Under the pieces are notes generated by a model, which did not search any database, was not told where the DNA came from, and saw nothing but the letters and a program-made list of their open reading frames with translations. A DNA stretch of 23,252 nt from a virus (lineage: Duplodnaviria > Heunggongvirae > Uroviricota > Caudoviricetes): IMG/VR virus record IMGVR_UViG_3300017917_004015, one strand, 5' to 3'. A program made the translations under genes and the position numbers. Shown in pieces: positions 1 to 7,073 of this stretch (position 1 is the first letter of the stretch; the number at the start of each line of letters is the position of its first letter).

Positions 1-1432
1 GGGCTGTAATTCTAACAAATGGTGGGTTATTACCTGATAAACAACTAGCATTATAATAACCAGTTCTAATTCTATTACCCGGTAATTCACCGAAACCAAG
101 ATTAAAATCTACACCGGATGAAGTAACATGGCAATATGACATAATAGTACCAACTGTAGGTACAACAGTTGAACCACAAGCATTAGAACCAGATGAACTT
201 TCACCAGCCCTACAACTATCAATTCTACCAATAAGACCGTTACCAAGGTTCCAACCACACCAGTGTGTATGTCTTGAGCCAAAATTATGACCTATTTCGT
301 GAGCAATACAATAAACAGTCCAACTATACACTGAGACATCGTTTACATAAGTACTAAAAATATTACTATAACCAAAATTAGCTTGTGTACTACAAAGTAC
401 ATCAATATAGGCTATACCACCAGCATTAACTGAACGTGTACTAACTAAATGTGCTAATCTACCGTTGAATCCTGATGAGGCTTTATTAGTAGCAAAATTA
501 AATAAACTAGTTGAGTTAATATTTGTTGTTATACTAGCATAAGGGTCAGGTGTTGTATGTACAAAAATTTCCGAAATTACAATTCTAATACCTTCATTAT
601 CATATAATTGCTGTACTAAGTTAAAAACAGCAGTCATATAATTAATAGTATTTTGTACAGAACTTCCATTTTTAGTGTACATATCAAAATCACACTCAAA
701 ATAAATGGGTACGGTTTTACAACCCGTTCCACCAACAGTCATACCTAATTCACCTAATGATGAAGCTTGATTCTCCATAGTTTTAGGTAAAATAGGTTCA
801 GTCATTTGATATTTACTCTCAAGAGGTACGGCAGTATCATAAGTAATACCAGATGTTTTATTTAAAGTTTTAGGTTTTAAATCAGCTGCTTCACATTCAA
901 ATTGCATTTGCATATCTTCCTCTGATAATGAAGCATATTCATTTTTAGTACCTTTTCTTTTTGAGATGTTATATCGCTGTTTACCTTCAAATAAAATAGC
1001 AGTAAAATTATCACGATATACACTCACAACACCAAGTTCTTTATTGTTTTTTGGGTTAAAAACACGATAATGAACACCTATATCAGACTTAGTTGTTGTA
1101 TAAGTTTTATTTCTAGTACTAATTTTAAAAGGTTGGATAGTTGTTTTTCTAAACTCAACTGTTTTGATTTTACCATTTGGTTTAACAAAATCAAAAGAAA
1201 ACACATCTGGTTCATTCGTATATAAATTCTTTAAGACATTAGTATCTAATACTAGATTAAACCGTGTTTTTCGCTTTCTTTGTAAAGAATCCCTTTTTAA
1301 TGATTTTAATTCATTTGATAGTGCAGAATTTAATTTTGCATTTTCCCTGAAAAGATTATATTTTCTCGGTTGTGCATAAGCAAACGATGAAAATAAAATT
1401 AATAATGTTAGGATTTTAAAAATGTTTCTCAT
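1..1432 (-). CDS. Secreted zinc metalloprotease, reprolysin-like metzincin (M12B-like); 3' end runs off the window
   Basis: Manual minus-strand translation from ATG at 1432 is open for 477 codons to the window edge. It has a signal peptide MRNIFKILTLLILFSSFAYA|Q, a candidate cysteine switch FECEA (Cys codon 893-895), the zinc motif HEIGHNFGSRH (269-301) and a Met-turn GTIMSYCH (Met 140-142). Confidence 0.9.
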   Translation of the reverse strand, partial: MRNIFKILTLLILFSSFAYAQPRKYNLFRENAKLNSALSNELKSLKRDSLQRKRKTRFNLVLDTNVLKNLYTNEPDVFSFDFVKPNGKIKTVEFRKTTIQPFKISTRNKTYTTTKSDIGVHYRVFNPKNNKELGVVSVYRDNFTAILFEGKQRYNISKRKGTKNEYASLSEEDMQMQFECEAADLKPKTLNKTSGITYDTAVPLESKYQMTEPILPKTMENQASSLGELGMTVGGTGCKTVPIYFECDFDMYTKNGSSVQNTINYMTAVFNLVQQLYDNEGIRIVISEIFVHTTPDPYASITTNINSTSLFNFATNKASSGFNGRLAHLVSTRSVNAGGIAYIDVLCSTQANFGYSNIFSTYVNDVSVYSWTVYCIAHEIGHNFGSRHTHWCGWNLGNGLIGRIDSCRAGESSSGSNACGSTVVPTVGTIMSYCHVTSSGVDFNLGFGELPGNRIRTGYYNASCLSGNNPPFVRITA

Positions 1433-1437
1433 AAATT

Positions 1438-1818
1438 TTAATTATTATTACTAATATAAGTGTTTTTTACTTCTTCCGTGTTTCTTCTGTCTAATATATT
1501 AAAAATAATATAATTTCTTTTAAAAGCTCTTTGAATTTGAAAATTTAAGTCTTTAAAATATAAACCATTTATAGTTAACATATTATTAAAAAAAAGATAT
1601 AAACAATAAAGATTATCATTCCTATCTAAAATGGACAAAGTTCCATTTTCATTTTGTATTACATCAGCAATGTATTTATAACCACAAATGAAATTATTAA
1701 TAATAAAATCCTTATTGTTAGGTAATGAACAATTACCAAGTAAAAAATCTTTATTATTTATATATTCACTTATTTCTCTTAAAGTAAATGTTTTTGTATC
1801 AAAAGTTATATTATTCAT
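1438..1818 (-). CDS. Hypothetical protein (126 aa)
   Basis: ORF track; packs tightly upstream of the protease start; no recognisable motif. Confidence 0.6.
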   Translation of the reverse strand: MNNITFDTKTFTLREISEYINNKDFLLGNCSLPNNKDFIINNFICGYKYIADVIQNENGTLSILDRNDNLYCLYLFFNNMLTINGLYFKDLNFQIQRAFKRNYIIFNILDRRNTEEVKNTYISNNN

Positions 1819-1891
1819 ATTAAATGTTAGTTTTTATGTTATATGAGGTAATAATCAAAGGTATTCAGAAGTACCTGAAAGCCATAGATGA

Positions 1892-2061
1892 GTTGTAAAT
1901 TCATTTCTTTTTGTAAGTTCTCTCAGGAAAAAAGTACCACAAAACGGTTGATTTTCACTTGTGAGTTCCTTTCTTTTTGTAAGTTCTCTCAGGATACTCA
2001 AATCACCGATGGGAGACGCGTTTACTTGTGAGTTCCTTTCTTTTTGTAAGTTCTCTCAGGA
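1892..2061 (+). CRISPR. CRISPR-like mini-array: three 37-bp repeats with 29- and 30-bp unique spacers; no cas gene in the window
   Basis: Repeats at 1892-1928 (3 mismatches to consensus), 1958-1994 and 2025-2061, consensus (G/C)TTGTGAGTTCCTTTCTTTTTGTAAGTTCTCTCAGGA, period 66-67 bp. The spacers are unrelated to each other. A CRISPR identity is not proven because the repeat is also protein-coding on the minus strand. Confidence 0.45.
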
Positions 2062-2287
2062 TACCAGATGTTAAATCGTTGATTTCTTGAGTATTATACT
2101 TGTATTTAGTTTCAAAAATTCTCCAAATTTGTAACCAATTTAATCTAAACTCATTAGTTTTTAGATTATAGTATGATAAAGTACCGTTTCTATGTCTAAT
2201 ATCAATATCACCGTAGATATCCATACAAACCACTCCATCAAAGAGACGGTCAAGTAGTAGTTCTTTTTGTTCTTGTGTATAAATCAT
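2003..2287 (-). CDS. Small hypothetical protein, paralog copy A (94 aa); C-terminus encoded by repeat plus spacer
   Basis: ORF track; MIYTQEQKELLLDRLFDG...ILRELTKRKELT-SKRVSHR*; ungapped paralog of the last 98 aa of the adjacent ORF. Confidence 0.75.
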   Translation of the reverse strand: MIYTQEQKELLLDRLFDGVVCMDIYGDIDIRHRNGTLSYYNLKTNEFRLNWLQIWRIFETKYKYNTQEINDLTSGILRELTKRKELTSKRVSHR

Positions 2288-2598
2288 AAACTATTGTTTT
2301 GTAAGGTCTCTCAGGTTAAACCGCTACAAAAGACCTGCCATGTGGTTGTGAGTTCCTTTCTTTTTGTAAGTTCTCTCAGGATACCAGATGTTAAATCGTT
2401 GATTTCCTGACGGTTATTATCATTTTTATCTAAAAAAAAACTCCATATTTGATACCAATTTAACCAAAACATATTAGTTTTTGGATTATAATATGTTAAA
2501 TGTTCATTTTTATGTGTAATTTCAATATCACCGTAGATATCCATACAAACCACTCCATCAAAGAGACGGTCAAGTAGTAGTTCTTTTTGTTCTTGTGT
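2026..2598. repeat. 320-bp-period tandem duplication with two perfectly identical blocks
   Basis: 2026-2086 = 2346-2406 (61 bp identical) and 2202-2278 = 2522-2598 (77 bp identical). The 115-bp core between them has 33 mismatches and no gaps by manual count. Confidence 0.95.
2280..2381 (+). repeat. Second repeat-spacer-repeat unit of the same family (degenerate half repeat, 28-bp spacer, full repeat)
   Basis: Full repeat GTTGTGAGTT...CAGGA at 2345-2381. A degenerate copy ending near 2316 (TTTTGTAAGGTCTCTCAGG) matches the 3' half at 18/19. The spacer is 2317-2344. Confidence 0.8.
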
Positions 2599-2784
2599 GT
2601 AGGTCATATTTTTAAATCTTTTATTAAAACTACTCATATCAAACCACTGTTTACAATCAATACCTTTTGAAGTTTTTTTTGATATAAAAACTTCAATACT
2701 ATTTGTAGTTTTATTTGTTATAAAACAAATATTATTATCGGTATCTAAAACGGTTTGACCAATTGAAAAATCATCAATATTCAT
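2311..2784 (-). CDS. Small hypothetical protein, paralog copy B (internal Met at 2607), fused in frame to an upstream ~59-aa domain
   Basis: The ORF-track start (2841) is TTG; ATG alternatives are 2820, 2784 and 2607. The part from 2607 is MTYTQEQKELLLDRLFDG...ILRELTKRKELT-TTWQVFCSGLT*. Confidence 0.7.
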   Translation of the reverse strand: MNIDDFSIGQTVLDTDNNICFITNKTTNSIEVFISKKTSKGIDCKQWFDMSSFNKRFKNMTYTQEQKELLLDRLFDGVVCMDIYGDIEITHKNEHLTYYNPKTNMFWLNWYQIWSFFLDKNDNNRQEINDLTSGILRELTKRKELTTTWQVFCSGLT

Positions 2785-2806
2785 TTTATATGAATCATTT
2801 CTTTGA

Positions 2807-3865
2807 TTAATATAATCCATAATATTCTTTTCTAATATCAATTAGTAGTTTGTTAATAATTTCCATATCTACGGTATCTGGTAAATCTGACTTATCAAAT
2901 TGATTATCTATTTCATCAAGTTTTAATTGGATATCAGTTAATAATTCTTTAACATTGGTTTTACCTAATCGGATATTAATTAATTCTTGATGATTAGGTC
3001 TAAATACTTCAAAAGTTCCAGTAGTTGCTATATCATATGATACATCCACAAGTCTTTTACAATGCATTAAATTTTTTAAATCATACATTTGGTTATTTAA
3101 ATCCCATGTATATCTATCAGTATTTCTATTAGTAAGCCAAACTTGATATTGAAGATACTTTCGACAATGATGTTAGTATGCTTCAAGATTAAAATATAAA
3201 AGCCCAATAGATTGCTGACCCTTAGGTATCGATGATAGTCTAACATCATTTGATTCTTCAGTGCAAACACCTCTATAAACTAAATTAGGGTCAGTTGAAT
3301 AATACATATTATATTGGTTTTTTACATGAGGAATTCTAGCTAAACCAATATTTTCATGGTTAATATTATGAGTTTTTAAAAAATCTTTTAGTTCAATACT
3401 TTTATCATTTTCAATAATATAACAAAAGTCTAGTACATTTTTTCTTTTAGTAAAACCAGAATTTTTATCATCTAACTCCCAACGATATTTTTTATCAAGA
3501 TTTTCAGCTTTTTTAAACTGAGTTCTTGCATATCCAGCAAAAGAATTTTTACAAATCTTAGTTATAAAGATATTTCTTTTTTCTAAAATCCTATCCATAA
3601 TAGGATTTTTAATTAAAATATTTTTATCAGTCGAAAAAAGTAATTCTAACATATTAGGATTGCCCTTAGCGCAAAGTTCAATAAAACGCCCTACTTCATA
3701 AGATACATCATCGTCAGTATAGTTAATCTGAGGTTCATAACGATTACGAAGACCTAATAATTCATCTAACTTTAAAATATGTACCCTTGCATAATCAATA
3801 TCAGACGTTTCAATATTAGTTCCGTAAGCATGGGAACCTCTGACTACTTTATAGATTTCTTCCAT
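2807..3865 (-). pseudogene. RlaP/YcgL-type Pol-beta nucleotidyltransferase (PF10127-like) interrupted by a single in-frame TAA at 3173-3175
   Basis: N-terminal motif RGSHAYGTNIETSDID (GS..DxD). After the TAA the frame stays open (HHCRKYLQYQVWLTNRNTDRY...) into the 2807..3088 ORF, which carries the family-typical C-terminus YDLKNLMHCKRL...RPNHQELINIRLG...LPDTVD. Confidence 0.75.
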
Positions 3866-4278
3866 TAAATAAATTTGTTTATAAACTCAATAACATTTTC
3901 TGGTTGATACTTTAATTCTGGTTTTTTGTAATCCCATAGATTAATTAATCCAGTAAAAATATTTATATATAAATCCTGATTTTTTACAGTTTTGAAATAA
4001 TATAAGATATCAGTAAAATATATATCTTTACCAACCAAAGTTAAATCGTCATTATAGATTTTATTTTTTTCATAATAAAAACAACTTCTTGGAAGACCTT
4101 CTTTAACATCAAAACCATAAACAGAGTATAAGTCAACATCTTTTGTTTTCAAAGGTTTTTGTGTAGCAACTATATCACCGTAAATTTTAGAATTAAAAAC
4201 TTGATATTTTTCTAATTCCATTAAGTGAGGTAAACTGGTTCTAACGGTTTTTTCAATTTTTTTAAGAATTTCTTCCAT
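3865..4278 (-). CDS. Hypothetical protein (137 aa)
   Basis: ORF track; its stop overlaps the nucleotidyltransferase start by 1 bp. Confidence 0.65.
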   Translation of the reverse strand: MEEILKKIEKTVRTSLPHLMELEKYQVFNSKIYGDIVATQKPLKTKDVDLYSVYGFDVKEGLPRSCFYYEKNKIYNDDLTLVGKDIYFTDILYYFKTVKNQDLYINIFTGLINLWDYKKPELKYQPENVIEFINKFI

Positions 4279-4403
4279 TTAATTTAATGTATGATTATTA
4301 AAATAAAAACGGGTTTAGTCAAAAGAAGTTTGTGTTTCATTATATGAAAATATAAGAGGATTTACACTTTCTACTTCTCGTCCTAAGACTTCCTAAACCC
4401 CTG

Positions 4404-4476
4404 TAACCCGTAGGGGATTCGAACCCCTGTTCTTCATCGTGAAAGGATGACGGCTTAACCGCTCGCCTAACGGGCT
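4404..4476 (-). tRNA. trnE: tRNA-Glu (anticodon TTC), 73 nt, CCA not encoded
   Basis: Minus-strand cloverleaf: AGCCCGT/ACGGGTT acceptor stem, GGC/GCC D stem, TCATC-CTTTCAC-GATGA anticodon arm, AGGGG-TTCGAAT-CCCCT T arm, discriminator A. Confidence 0.95.
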
Positions 4477-4478
4477 AT

Positions 4479-4489
4479 ACTAATATAAC
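4479..4489 (-). promoter_or_regulatory. Putative promoter element GTTATATTAGT upstream of the tRNA
   Basis: The same 11-mer occurs at 16511-16521 upstream of the helicase, and a partial copy at 12098-12106. TATATTAG is one mismatch from the Bacteroidota -7 consensus TAnnTTTG. Confidence 0.35.
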
Positions 4490-4507
4490 AATAAACATTT
4501 ATAAATG

Positions 4508-5539
4508 TTACAGTTTATTGATATAATTTTGTATTGTTTTGAACCACTCTTTTTTAGCTCTATAACTACTACATTTTAGTTTAATTTTATTTATTAAACT
4601 AAGTATAGGATTAAAAGCTAAATTGAAGCGAATCACTTTAATAATATTATCAATATCCTTGGTTGATGCGTGTGAAAACCCACTAACAATATTCATTTCA
4701 TCTGAGGTCACGATTGGTACTCCCATACGAATAAAATCAGCAGTAACTATATTATATGTTTCAGTTAATGAAACTTGAAGACCAATATCCATTTTAGAAA
4801 CTAATCTTAGGAAATCATCATGTGATAACCAATCATGAAGTACTAGTTTATGTCGTGTTCTTTCAAAAAGAGCTTTAATATTTTTAAGTGGGTTTTGACC
4901 ATTTTGTTCAACTCTGGCAGCATTCATATGAAACTCTAATATAAGATTTTCATTTTCAGCATATTTAATAGCGGCTATAGCTTGTGTGAACTGGTTTTTA
5001 AGTGGTCTAATAGCACCAAAACAACCTACGATTAATTTATTTTTATTTTTAATTGATTTATAACCAAAAATACTATCAGTTGGATAATAATTTGGTGTAT
5101 AACTAACTTCTGATTTAAGAACATCCTTAAAAGCAGAAATAAGATATTTAGAGTTACTACTAATAAAAACATTTGGTTTTGTATCGTATTTTTTTAACCA
5201 TTCCATTGCAACACCTTCGTTAGCTAAAAATGCTGTTTCACTATGTAATCTAACTACCCATTTTACATCAGGATGTAATTGAGTTAAAACATCAAATTTT
5301 TCTGGTACAACCCAAAGAGCCTCAATAATTACAATATCAGGTCTATAAATAGAAACTTCTTTATCTATTTGATTGTTATCAACTACTTCAACTAATTTAC
5401 TTTCAAATTTAGTTCCTTGGAACATTTGATTAACAAAATTAGCTGAGTTATATAATCCACTATGTACTGTTGAATATTCAGCTTCAGTTTCAGAATATAC
5501 TTGTCTTTTTTTTAGGATGAATAAAATTCTAGGTTTCAT
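4508..5539 (-). CDS. GT-B fold glycosyltransferase (GT4 / Glycos_transf_1-like)
   Basis: GCFGAIRPLKNQ (G-R-K motif) and DIGLQVSLTETYNIVTADFIRMGVPIVTS (D...S..E.....A....G.PVV.S signature). Confidence 0.8.
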   Translation of the reverse strand: MKPRILFILKKRQVYSETEAEYSTVHSGLYNSANFVNQMFQGTKFESKLVEVVDNNQIDKEVSIYRPDIVIIEALWVVPEKFDVLTQLHPDVKWVVRLHSETAFLANEGVAMEWLKKYDTKPNVFISSNSKYLISAFKDVLKSEVSYTPNYYPTDSIFGYKSIKNKNKLIVGCFGAIRPLKNQFTQAIAAIKYAENENLILEFHMNAARVEQNGQNPLKNIKALFERTRHKLVLHDWLSHDDFLRLVSKMDIGLQVSLTETYNIVTADFIRMGVPIVTSDEMNIVSGFSHASTKDIDNIIKVIRFNLAFNPILSLINKIKLKCSSYRAKKEWFKTIQNYINKL

Positions 5540-5546
5540 TAGGTAC

Positions 5547-5562
5547 TTTTATTATAAATAGT
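5547..5562 (-). promoter_or_regulatory. Conserved 16-bp upstream motif ACTATTTATAATAAAA (putative phage promoter)
   Basis: Identical 16-mer at 5547-5562, 18237-18252 and 22265-22280, each within 0-7 nt of a minus-strand ATG. Confidence 0.55.
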
Positions 5563-5572
5563 ACCTATTTTT

Positions 5573-6358
5573 TTATAAATTAAAACCTCTTAAAATTATT
5601 TTTTTATGTTCATTAAAAATTTCATTGGATTCTTCTATTTCTTTTAAAGTAAACCATTTTACTTCATCTAAATCGTCAGAAGCTTTAAGTGATGTAATAT
5701 CTTTCGGTTCAACTTTAAAAACTGTTGTAATAATTCTATCTTTGGAATTTTGATAACGAATATCATTAATTTTATGACTGAATAAATACCTAGGTGAATC
5801 AACAATTAAATTTGTTTCTTCTAATGTTTCTCTAATTGCTGATTCTTCGAATGAATCATCCTCTACATCATAAAAACCTCCGCAAAGTACATATTTTTTT
5901 AACTTATTTTTATAACCTAATAAGATTTTATCTTCATATCTGATTAAAACATCCACAGTTGGTTGTCCACTAGCATAACGATGTTGGGTTGCAGCGTATA
6001 ATCCCAATCTAAAGCTATCATTAGGTAATACATCGAAATAATTTATATCAGTAGTATAGGCTAAATTTTCAACAATTTTAATATCATCATACTGAGGGTA
6101 TTTTTCTTTAATTTCGGAAATTATGCTATTTTTGTCTTTAAAAGCACTATATTTAAGTATAGTAATAGCATAATTATCTACCTCTTTAAGATAAGATTCA
6201 ATATAACAACTTGGTATTGGGAATTCAGTTGTGTTAATAGCTTCATTTGTCAATATAACGTAAAGTCTATCTGAATGTTTTTGAAAGTCTCTAAGTTTTT
6301 TGATAACTTCCATTTCATAGATAAACTGAAACCTATCAATTAGTACGTGTAATGTCAT
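5573..6358 (-). CDS. NadM-Nudix-like bifunctional protein with a degenerate N-terminal nucleotidyltransferase domain and an intact Nudix box
   Basis: Likely start MTLHVLIDRFQ at 6358 (compare GRFQPxHxGH, with HxGH absent here). It has the linker FRLGLYAA..RY...PTVDV and the Nudix box GGFYDVEDDSFEESAIRETLEETNL. Confidence 0.75.
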   Translation of the reverse strand: MTLHVLIDRFQFIYEMEVIKKLRDFQKHSDRLYVILTNEAINTTEFPIPSCYIESYLKEVDNYAITILKYSAFKDKNSIISEIKEKYPQYDDIKIVENLAYTTDINYFDVLPNDSFRLGLYAATQHRYASGQPTVDVLIRYEDKILLGYKNKLKKYVLCGGFYDVEDDSFEESAIRETLEETNLIVDSPRYLFSHKINDIRYQNSKDRIITTVFKVEPKDITSLKASDDLDEVKWFTLKEIEESNEIFNEHKKIILRGFNL

Positions 6359-6602
6359 AATTTTTTTTAATAAAATCAACTAATTCTTTTTTTGTTACTT
6401 TTATAACTTTTTCATCATTTAAAATAATATCTTGATATTTTTCAGGCACATCATAATGCGGTTTATCAGTACCAGAATGAAACCAACATTTTTTTAAACC
6501 GATACTATTACAATAACTGTGAAGTTCTTCTAATGTTGTAGCTGTTAGATGATAATATCTTTTTTTATTTTTAAATGTAGGTTTATTATCTATTAATATC
6601 AT
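6336..6602 (-). CDS. DUF4031-like small protein
   Basis: HLTATTLEELHSY...IGLKKCWFH....PHYD matches the HL.A....ELH.F...IG....WF....HYD pattern. Confidence 0.65.
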   Translation of the reverse strand: MILIDNKPTFKNKKRYYHLTATTLEELHSYCNSIGLKKCWFHSGTDKPHYDVPEKYQDIILNDEKVIKVTKKELVDFIKKNYDITRTN

Positions 6603-7054
6603 TAAAAAGGTTTGTCTAATAGTAAATCTAAAAAATAAAGTATTTTTTTACCTATTTCATCTTCAAAAGTAAAATTATATTTATTGGTAGCTCTTTCTTT
6701 AAACCATAACCTAACGTCTGTTCCAAATTCTGAGGCTCTTGCAGAGCAATCACAGACCATTTCAGCTAAAAATACATCAGGCATATCGTGAATACTATTC
6801 CAATGCTCTGGATGGTGTGAATTAGTTTCAGCGTGATGTCTAACAGCTTCTTCAAGAAGTGGGTCACCGGGATGTAAATGTTTAAATTCAAATCCATGAA
6901 ATTTAGAATTATCATGGATTTGACCGTTTGATATTAATGAAAGACCTAATTCACAATCGCCATTATTAATAAGTTTTTTACCTAATTTAAAACAGTTCTT
7001 TTGGACTTGTTGAATATGTCCCCAAATAATATCTATTTTATCTAATGTTTCCAT
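6602..7054 (-). CDS. HD-like phosphohydrolase (DUF5662-like)
   Basis: HDNSKF, HHAETNSHHPEHW, M....LAEMVCD motifs. The likely start is METLDK at 7054 (ORF track extends to 7126). Confidence 0.65.
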   Translation of the reverse strand: METLDKIDIIWGHIQQVQKNCFKLGKKLINNGDCELGLSLISNGQIHDNSKFHGFEFKHLHPGDPLLEEAVRHHAETNSHHPEHWNSIHDMPDVFLAEMVCDCSARASEFGTDVRLWFKERATNKYNFTFEDEIGKKILYFLDLLLDKPF

Positions 7055-7073
7055 ATTTATAAATAGTTTTAAC

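Noticed and set aside
1164-1379. Plus-strand 71-aa ORF
   Set aside because: Shadow ORF antisense to the metzincin gene.
2432-2440. A9 homopolymer as a phase-variation switch in paralog B
   Set aside because: The frame is intact and runs of this length are common at this AT content.
2026-2598. Diversity-generating retroelement (TR/VR pair)
   Set aside because: The 33 mismatches between the copies are not confined to adenines of either copy on either strand, and there is no reverse transcriptase in the window.
3173-3175. Genome-wide stop-codon reassignment
   Set aside because: Only one gene is interrupted and the codon is TAA, the commonest stop here; genes tile densely under code 11. The only tRNA has anticodon TTC, not a suppressor.
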